A DNA stretch of 64,000 nt from Cercozoa sp. M6MM. Its lineage: Eukaryota > Protista > Endomyxa: Ascetosporea. Position 1 is the first letter of the stretch, and each line of letters starts with the position of its first letter. The translations under genes and the position numbers were made by a program. This document shows positions 55,045 through 64,000 of the stretch, piece by piece. Below the pieces are notes generated by a model that saw only the letters and a list, made by a program, of their open reading frames with translations, was not told where the DNA came from and ran no database searches. Location: the NCBI GenBank assembly GCA_040357565.1, contig JBDODJ010000001.1; one strand, written 5' to 3'.

Positions 55045-57286
55045 TTAAATCAGCGACTGGATGGCAGGCAAATCATCGTCGTCCTCGTTGTCTTGCTGCT
55101 GTTGCTTCTGACGGAGTTCCTGGCGCATCTGACCGCGCGTCTTGCCCTTGCTACACAACTTTCAGTGCCCCACAAGCACGTGTTTCCAATCAAATTCTCA
55201 ATACCCCGAAACAGTCTTCTTTTCAACAGGCTTGCCACCCAGACGAGCACGCTGGATCTCCTCTATAAACACACAGGGCAAGTGCTACTATCACCGGTAC
55301 GCACAGGCACAACTTCAGATACGCGAAGCGGTACCGAGCTCCCGCAGCAGTTCCTCGTCGTCCGAATCGAGTTCACTGTCACTGTCCGAGCCGACTTCTT
55401 CAACCTACACAACTCGAGGGTACCCCAACCCACGGTGACTGACGTGTTTCGTACCTTTGTCGGTGCATCACCGTGCCACAACTCAGTCGTGGTCGTGTAG
55501 CCACCTGAAGGTTGTTTAAATAGTTTAGAACAGATGAACCAGTAAAAACAAACAAAACGGTACCTCCCGACATATCGGGCATCTGCAACGGCGATTCGTC
55601 GTCTTCCGGCTGAACAAAGTGAAGAGTGAAAACAATTAAAGGAGAGGTGAAGGGATGAGGATAGGCAAACCATCAGAAGGAACGGCATCAACTCCTGCAA
55701 GAAGTCGTCGAGATGATCGTCGCTCTCCCACTTGTGGTACTCGCGCAGCAGCGGGTAGACACCTGTGCAAGGGAGGTCAAAGGGATATAATCCAAACCAA
55801 GGAATGGAGGATTAAAGTACCCCACTTCTTGAGTGTGCGCCGACTCGGAGCGTACTCTAACAGCAGTCGAAGTGTCTCGGCCTAGAGAAGGGGATGAGAC
55901 AATCGGGAGGGGAGGTAAGACTGGGGTACAATAAGACGACGGATCTCAGTGTTGCTTTCACGCTCCTGCTCGGCTTCATCGTGACACGCACTGGCCAGTG
56001 CCGGGTGCATCTTCTTCAGCTCCTCTTCCGTGTAGTCACCGTAGCCTACAGAGAGGGGACAATGGGTAGGTACAAAGGAGTAAGGATAAATGAGTAAGGG
56101 AGAGTGGGTTAAGTATTGAAACACACCAGCGAGAGGCAGCAGCAGCATCGGGAAGACGCCCGTACCCTCCTCGGACAGCAAAAAGGAGTGGCACGTCGTG
56201 TCCATGGCGCAGTTGCGAATCACGCCAATCACGCCGGCACGTCGCATGTTGCCCTACAGACATATGACGTCTTCTTATACAGTACCACTTTAAATAGCTG
56301 TAGATACCGGATGCATGATGTAGGGCGCCAGGAAACGCAGGACCTGTCGCTTAGTGCTGCAGAGACAGGAAGGTTACAAGAAGGTCAGCGAGCAAAGAGG
56401 ACAGACAACTAACCTGGTGACAAGGTCGCGACCCTCCTTTAGCTGCGTCACATTCGTGAACACATGCGCCAGTCTCGCGTACTCATCCTACAGGAAGATA
56501 GGATCAAGGGGATAAAGGTAACAGGGGGGGTACGTGCTGTGACATCGAGGGCGAGATAAACCAGCTGAGCAGACGCAGGAAGTGCAGGCCCTGTCAAACA
56601 AACACAAAGGTATCAAGGACAGAAAAGAGTGACAGGGAATGTACCTTAAGCTTGCCCTCGTGCTCATCCAGCTGCAACAGCTGTCGCTGACCCTGCTCCG
56701 TCGTCGTCAGGTTGCTGTACAAGCAAGGGCGCGATAGATAGGGGAAGGGAATAATCATGCAAAACACACCTCAAAAGAAGCACAAACAGCGCGCGGTTCT
56801 TCAGCTGTTCCTCACGCAGGCGCTCGATCAGAACCTGTGGGAACACGAGGACATGAACTCAGTCACACGCGAACAGACAACTCTGCTTTACCTCGATAAC
56901 ACGCAGCTCAATCATTCGCTTGTGCAGCTCAGTGTCAACGCTCGCATTGACGAGAACAACGAGCGCACGGTAGGCAAGAGAGGCCTCCTGTGCCCCACAA
57001 ACAGATTACCGTGAAGGGTCAAATTCAATTTTCGAACGCGTGACTACCTCAGACAGCATCGGCACGAGCGCGTCAACCAGCTCGATCTGCCGGAACAGCT
57101 CAAGCATTTCATCGTTTGTCGACAGCTGCTTAAAACTGCACCCAAGTAACACATAAACACGCAAGGAGCACGATGACGGAATTGGAAGGATCGAATTGAG
57201 ACATACATATCAAGTGCCGCGGTTTGCAGGTCGGCGCGCGGCGCCGTCAGAAACGACTTAGCCTCACGTAGCTGATCCAGGGCCAT
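55045..57286 (-). CDS. HGH1: HGH1/FAM203 eEF2 chaperone
   Basis: LSNLTTTEQG, AHVFTNVTQLKEGR, RRAGVIGVIRNC, LLLPLAG...YTEEE...LEYAPSR and an acidic tail. Confidence 0.8.
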
Positions 57287-57485
57287 CTCGCACGCTGAAA
57301 GACCAAAGAAAACAGTCACTCAGGTTGAAACCAGAATTTGGAATTGTAGCCACTTTTGTCGAAGACCAATTAACTGTAGCGATGTTCGCTCGCTCATACA
57401 GCGCTAGTAAAACAATTCGCCTTATACTTGCTCCGGTTCCTCCGAGTCCCGGGAATCAAGCTCGATGCTGCAGGAGTCTTGCAAG

Positions 57486-60300
57486 TCAGTTTCGGCATCG
57501 GCGTTTTTGAACGTCATCAGTGCACCGCCGTAGGACTGTGTGCGAGGAACGAGATCCTCCAGCGCGCGCGAGAAGCGTGACAGACGCGAGGCACGAGGTT
57601 GCAGGGAAACGTCGGCCGTTGGCTGTAATATCCATGACGTGTCTTCTTGAAAGGGAGGTTGGACTATAACTTACGACGGACTCGCTTCGTTTCGGCGGAG
57701 GGAGGAGCTTTGTTTTCGATTTCGAGAAGCCGAACAATACGCCAACGTAGGGCAACTAACAGGGAGCGAAGGCATTTTACACAGCAAAAGTTAAAGCATG
57801 GTATTTACCTTCAGCACCAGTAGGTAAGTTAATGCGAGACAAAAGGAAGTCCACAGCAGTGTGATAAATACTCCAACGCCAAAGTTCGCATCTGGGAATT
57901 TTTGATATAGAACTGAAAGGTTGCTGAATGAAAGATGGTTATGTTACTTGAGTGCGGGACGCCAGCACGGTCGACGTATCGACTCGGCGACCACAAGAAC
58001 CACGCTTCCGCCTAGAGTACCCAAGGGAAGGGTGCTGGGTCGGTTGGTATCAACGGAGAGAACTGAAGTGAGACGGTGCACCATGTCAATGTAGAGCCAG
58101 TGCGTCAGGTAAAGCATGATGCTGCTTTGCATGCAATGCGTATACAGTGTGTCATTCATGCGCAGGTTGTGTCCCCAGGACCCGTACTACGGCACAGGAC
58201 GTCTCCATATCAACGCCAAGCCAGAAACGATAGTTTAAGAAGCAGATACATTGCGTAGAAGCAGAAGCCAGACCCAAGTCCCAAGCACGTGCCACACCTT
58301 CATCGTGGCTGACTACAGGGACACAACAATCACTTCAGTTTTCTCCTCAACTCAAGGTGAAATGTCACCTCGTACATCGGGTAGTGAAACATACTGCCGA
58401 CTTTGTTCGTCGCTCCTGTGTCCATAGGTAATTCAGTGGGGAACGAGAGGCAAAGTGGTATGAAAAAACCGCACCAGGCGAGGTGAGTCCGATGGCGCAA
58501 ATCGTAAACAGCAGCGACAACGGACGGTACTTGAGCGACGCCTCAGTCCATCTGTACTGCTCGTAGTCACGTGCACATAGCTGGTCAAGGTAACCTTGCG
58601 CGTAGTGCAGGTGGTACTGTACAGTTCTCTAGTAAACATACCCCAAACTACAGTTAGACAGGCAGTACAAAGAAAGCGGCAGTCACGTAGCCAGGCATTT
58701 GTGTCTGTGTTGACAGGCAGGCAAAGCCAAAAGAAGCAACGGCACATGTCGTGAGAAACACGTTGTACAGACCCTTTCTTCTAATCTGTGCTGCAGTAGA
58801 TTAACTCCCAGTCCCAGGAATACTAATAAGAACGAATGCTGTACATTACCTGTGTGAAGAACAGCGCGAAAGCACCCAGCACAGCATAAAAGAACAAGTG
58901 CAAAACTGTCCACCAAATTGGGGCCACGAGAAGCACCAGAGTGTGCACTGTCATATGTGCACATAGCACACAAAGCTCTTTTTTCGTCGGTGCTTCGATT
59001 CCACCTTCCCTCTGCCGGTATATCGACATCAAAAGCATCCCACTCCCGCAATTATGCCATCTTGAAACTCACTCTACAGTATTTACCAAAGGTTCTGCCG
59101 TGGAAACAACCCGAGTTTCATGGAACAACGCCGAACTCAATCGCCCGTGTGGGTGTGGATCCTCTTCTAGTGCCTTCTGCTCACACAGCAAGACTATCCA
59201 GGCTGTTCAATCGAAATGGGCTGGTGGGGAGACAACTGCTACGTGGTATCGTAGTTTGATCCACGAGAAGAACGGGTGGTTAATTAGCCAAAGCGCGAAC
59301 AACGTTGGCAAGAACCTACAGAACCCCAGGGATAAATCGTGCGCCTTAGTAAATTATTTACCGTAGCCCCAGAGGAGAGTAAATTTACCACAGCCAGCCA
59401 AAGCCAAAACACTTAAAGTAGTCCAAGTAAAACCATCGCACGAATGGTACAAACGCGTCGGGGTACTACAGCAGGATACAGGTTCTATAATTTACAATAT
59501 CGATGAAGGAATGTAAACTTAAAGTGACCTTTGGAACGTTGTTCTCGGCCACACACTCGGGCAGGTGGTGGAAGTACCGATACTCACGTCCGATGTAAAC
59601 TGCCGGTAGTGCAAACAGCACGTGACACACCACACATGGCAACAGTAAGCGCATTGTCTGAAATGTAGAGCATGATTCAATGGCTACAGTGCGTGGACAA
59701 AGTAGGGGGAGTTGGAATAAAAGTTAAAGTGTATTAGTTTACCCTCTTTTTCAGTGCAACTGCGAAGCTGTCTCTTGAAAAAACTATAACATCCAAACAA
59801 AACAGCCTCAAAACAACTGCTCAGCTTCAGTTGTTGAATTTGAAGACCTGCAGCGCGGCCACTGAAGTAGAACAGCATCGGGAGGCCAAACTGCGTGCAA
59901 ACAAAACGAAGACTCCCTGCACGTTGGAACAAACATGATACGAGGTAAGCACACACCTGCAGGAACTGTCGAAATGCAGCCATGAGCCATTCATCTTGTT
60001 CTGCCGTCGTTTTCGTCTGTAATAATTTAGTAGTAGTGCAAGCACTGTGTATCATTTGATAAAGGTCTGAGTGCACTGACAGACAGCAACCTGCAAAGTG
60101 TATACCGTAAACTGCAAGCTCACGAGCGCATGTACAAACACCACAAGAAGCACAGCGATGGCCCTGAACCAGTCAACGAAAACCGCGCGCGTCTATTCAA
60201 GCACATTGCTACTGAGTCGTTTATGAACACAAAAAAATGGAGAACGCAAGCACGCACGCCACGATGCCTGATTTGAAAGGAGAGGCACCTGCAAGGACAT
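57486..60300 (-). CDS. Acyltransferase-3 family multi-pass membrane protein (OpgC/MdoC-like)
   Basis: RAVFVDWFRAIAVLLVVFVH, FGLPMLFYFSG, GWLWFLPTLF, LYLTH and C-terminal VLFG; many hydrophobic exons. Ends approximate. Confidence 0.75.
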
Positions 60301-60589
60301 CCTACCCTGAGTTACACACTATTCACTCAACAAAGTCGCTTTCTATCGTGCGTGGAGTGGGCTTGGCAGTGTAGCCTCGTGACGTGCCAGGTCACCTGTC
60401 GCCGATCGCCTGAGGGAGACAAAAAACTCCGAATTGACTGTTTTAAATTCTGTGAACAACTGTGCCTCTGCCAGTCTCGCATAACACCCATCGCATAACA
60501 GCATCGAAGTTGGAGGGCATGCAGTCCCCGAAATGTGTGAGCTGAACATTGGGGCCGAGTGATTGGCAACTTGTTTTGGTCTGGCTACA

Positions 60590-60657
60590 ACGCAACTGCA
60601 AAGCCGACGCAACTGCAAAGCCGACGCAACTGCAAAGCCGACGCAACTGCAAAGCCG
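60590..60657. repeat. Perfect 17-bp tandem repeat x4 (ACGCAACTGCAAAGCCG)
   Basis: Seen directly; intergenic. Confidence 0.95.
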
Positions 60658-60910
60658 CCGTGGACGATCACATCAACCGAATGATCGAATCATGGTCTAT
60701 CAGTCCGCGAGTGACATGCGACGAGACTAGACCCGACCCAAGAACTGAACCGAACTGAAGCGACCGACGTAGCTTCATTTGCAAATGATTAAGCGTAACC
60801 GAACGAAAACGAACGAAAACGACAGTAAATTGATGACTGTGATGCAAACAATCGAATCAGGGAATCAATACTCACGAAACCGAAGCAGCGAGCTGAAAGC
60901 GAACGGAGGT

Positions 60911-61209
60911 TTACTCATCGTCCTCGTCATCATCGTCCTACCCACAGAAAAAGGAGAAGTGTTGTGTTCATTCAACCAAAGGGCCAGGGAGCGACGAAAG
61001 TGTTGAGTGCTGTACCTGCATGTGCTGCACGGCCTCCTCGTCGGACTCGTCGTCGTCCGTGTCGGCCTCGTCCTCCTCGTCGTCGCCGACGACGGCAGCC
61101 ACGAAGGGCGCCAGCTCGGTCTCGTTGAGGATTCGCACCTGCTTGTTCTCGCCGACAATCTATCCAACCACCAGTCAGCGAAAATAAAATATTGTAGACA
61201 TAGATATGT

Positions 61210-61260
<51 letters not shown>

Positions 61261-62096
61261 TACAGCAATGGCGACGTTCATGGGGGTGATGTCGCCCTTC
61301 CGCGTGCAGTTCTTGAGCGCGTGCAGCACATGCTTCACCAGCGCGTCCTCGTCGGCCTCGTCAAAGGTCTCGTGGTTCTTCTCGATGTAGGTACGCGCCG
61401 CCTGCGATCGGTTGCCGAAAGCGTGCGCCTTGTATTCAAAGTAGTCGCCTGTGGGCAGGATCTGTCCTCACAACATCATAGGTACCTGGCTGTATGACGT
61501 ACGTCAGCACACGCACACACAACGGGGTACCTCGTGCAGGTGTGGGCCCGTCTTGTCGTGCGACACCATCAACAGACCGACGCCGTAGGGTCGGAAGCCC
61601 GAGTTACTCTGCGTGAGTTCTTGCGCATCGTCGGCCACCTCGAGGGCCAGTCGGTTCGCCGGCATCGAGCTACCGAACACGTACTTGTGGTTCAGACACG
61701 ACTCCTGCCAGCACAGCAACAAGTGCACAACAACAGTGTTGGCCCAACAACTCGAGAAACGCACCTGCATGTGACGCACGAGTCGACGAGCGTCGGAAAC
61801 GAGGCCAGCGATGCCGACGCACACATGCGAGTCGATGGCGAACAGCTTATCGTGGTGCGCCGACAGCGGCTCGTTTTGCCGCCGCAGCGCGCCCAAAACG
61901 GCGATCTTTTGCGAGCGCATGCCTACGACGGCTGTGCCCTTGTCAACGGCGTTCATGGTGTACTCCAGCTGCGCGGAAGGAAGCACCCACCCACCATCAG
62001 TCAAAAAAGCAAAGAGGAGGTAGGCCTTAATACCTGGTGCAGACGGCCGGCTGGCGAGAACACCGTCACGTCCGTGTCATACTGGTTTCGGTTCAT
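60911..62096 (-). CDS. PSMA1: 20S proteasome subunit alpha-6 (alpha type-1)
   Basis: [56 protein letters not shown] and an acidic tail. Confidence 0.95.
61211..61258. repeat. Intronic (AG)n microsatellite
   Basis: Seen directly. Confidence 0.95.
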
Positions 62097-62454
62097 TGTG
62101 CGAGTGAGCTAGAGCACCAAACACACACCCAGAAAATATCAATCGAACGGAATCGAATCAATCCAAGAATTTGCACAGATTGGCCTTGCAAACTAGCAAA
62201 AAGCACACTGCAAAATATGGCACCTGACACTTGTTCTAGTACTCAGTGTACTGCTCTGCGCTCTTGCCGGTCAGTCTCACTGTCTGGGAGGTCGCTGGAC
62301 GCCCCCGTAATTGTTACTGAGTCGGAGTTGGGCATGCCGAGCCAGACAGACTTTCTGTGCTTGCGTGCTGCGGAGAGCACTGAAACGGCGTGGGCGTGTG
62401 TTTCTACTGTTTTGTTTTGCTACTGAGGTCTAAAACCAGGTTTAGCGTGAGATC

Positions 62455-63358
62455 ATGACGCGCGGGCGTGGTGGCGGCCGAGGTCGAGGAGGAAGAGGCC
62501 GGGGCAGAGGACGCAGTCGAGGAAGAGGTCGAGGCGGAGGCCGAGGAGGCCGTGGCGGTCGAGGCAACCGCGAAATGGAACAACTCTTGGGTAGGTTCAG
62601 GTTTAAATCAAGATGTGAATTGTCTGATCGCTCATGTGTAGCCAACTACCAACTGCCGAACTTTGAGGAGCCGGGTGCCATCGAGCAGTGGGTCGCCGAG
62701 CGCAGGAAGCGTTTCCCAACACTCGAGCGAATCAAGCAGCGCAAGCGCGAGGCGGCGGCGCTGTCGGCCGAGCGCAAGCAGATGGCGGCCGAGCACCGCG
62801 AGCGCCTGCGCGAGCACAAGCGCGAGGCAGCTCCGTACCCACTCAATACATACGACATACATACATAATACATATGTTTTCGCACCGCCCCCTTGATGAG
62901 ATGTGTTTAGTAAGCCAAAGCGACGTCGCGTGGGCACGCGACTAGAGGCGATCGAGCCGCGGCCGCCCAAGCTGCTGCACACGCTGCTGCAGCAGGAGCG
63001 CGAGCGCGAGTGTGCGCTGATCCTGCAGGCGCTGCGGCACGTGGCCGAGCGGCACGGCCTGCTGCGCATCGACGTCGAGGCGCACGAGCGCCGCGTGGCC
63101 GCCGAAGAGGCCCGCAAGGCGCGCCTGCAGCCCAAGCCGGCCGATGCACCTGCTGTGTCGGCCCTTGCCTTCACTGCCAGCAATGCCAACACTGCTAGCA
63201 GGAACAGTTCGGATACACCGACGGTGGCAAGTGGACCGCACAAGGACGACGACGACAGGCCGCCCAGCGAGCTCAGTTCGCGGCCACTCGTTGAGTATTC
63301 GGACTCCGACTCCGACTCTGACTCCGACTTAGAGCCGGAGTCCAGCGGCAAAAATTAA
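62455..63358 (+). CDS. NUFIP1/Rsa1-like box C/D snoRNP assembly factor with RGG N-terminus
   Basis: IEQWVAERRKRFPT, LLHTLLQQERERECALILQALRHV and LVEYSDSD. Confidence 0.8.
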
Positions 63359-63422
63359 AAGCTACAATTTGTACTGTAAGCTAGCAACGTAAAGTACCGT
63401 GCGATCGATGATGACACCCCCC

Positions 63423-63450
63423 CCCACCCCAACTGGAGCAGGGGAACTAC
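63423..63450 (+). mobile_element. Same short element family, fragment (copy 4)
   Basis: CCCACCCCAACTGGAGCAGGGGAACTAC versus copy 1 CCCACCCCAGACTGGTGCAGGGGAACTAC. Confidence 0.55.
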
Positions 63451-63656
63451 TTACGAACTGCCATGCGTTCGCACACTGTGCGGCATGCTTGCGAATTAAA
63501 AGAGTTGTATGCGGTAACTAATGAACAAGTTCAGGTACACTCAGACCGTCTTCGCGTTCAGAGAAGCGTGTGTCAGCAATTTTCTCTCCGTGCTTGAAGA
63601 AGTACACGTAGTACAGTCGCGATCGGTTTAATTAAGTCAGCACAGGCGAGTTAGAC

Positions 63657-64000
63657 TCAGGTGTAGGTGCTTTCAACGCCGGCAGGCAGCGGGAAGGTTT
63701 CATCGGCCCACTTTTTGACGGCACAGGGGTCAACATTGCTTTGGATGCCGTGCTGCCGAGAAAAACAAGGGGTAAAGGAAGGGCTAGTACAACAGGGGGG
63801 GGGAGGGAAGTCAAGGATACGAGAACGAAGAGGAAGCGGCAGATCACGAGTTCCTCGTCCGTGACGACGTAGCAGAAATCGTTGCGTGTTACCCAGCTGC
63901 GTCACATGGTACAGGTTTTGCCCCCTCCTTTTACCCCCTTTACCCCTTTGCCCCCAGTAACACACCTCGTTTTGTCGTCAACGATCTGACACAGAGCGAT
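63657..64000 (-). CDS. 3' end of an unidentified gene (partial)
   Basis: Two GT-AG introns join ...WVTRNDFCYVVTDEELVICRFLFVL|HGIQSNVDPCAVKKWADETFPLPAGVESTYT*. Strand assignment not certain. Confidence 0.4.

Noticed and set aside
60590-60657. CRISPR-like array
   Set aside because: Repeats are contiguous with no spacers, there are no cas genes, and the context is eukaryotic.

Overview
Gene-dense eukaryotic DNA, most likely from a unicellular protist (lineage not determinable from this window). It holds about 25 protein-coding genes split by many short (mostly ~45-90 nt) GT-AG introns, so the six-frame ORF track shows only exon fragments; I spliced the models by eye and boundaries are approximate. 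Recognisable genes in order: OGDH E1 (partial), RRP6-like, class C/GABA-B-like GPCR, secreted cationic multi-module protein, RAD5/HLTF, RBM28/Nop4, RPB11, CRIB protein, His-phosphatase-like protein, an orphan, RING-PHD protein, Unkempt/TZF-like CCCH protein, NRAMP, NFS1, ALDH3, an orphan, a C2H2 protein, PH-PTEN-DEP, guanine deaminase, signal peptide peptidase, HGH1, acyltransferase-3, proteasome alpha-6, NUFIP1-like, and a partial gene. The most notable signals are: (1) a secreted precursor with alternating acidic spacers and Lys/Arg-Pro/Gly-rich blocks resembling a multi-antimicrobial-peptide precursor; (2) introns filled with strand-biased degenerate (C)CCCTTA repeats together with donors lacking the usual +4A/+5G; (3) a small SINE-like repeat family with an (AACT)n tail and one 14-bp target-site duplication, seen only between convergent genes; (4) an RRP6 with all catalytic residues replaced; (5) unusual domain architectures (double-VFT GPCR, PH-PTEN-C2-DEP). 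I found no rRNA, tRNA or CRISPR array.
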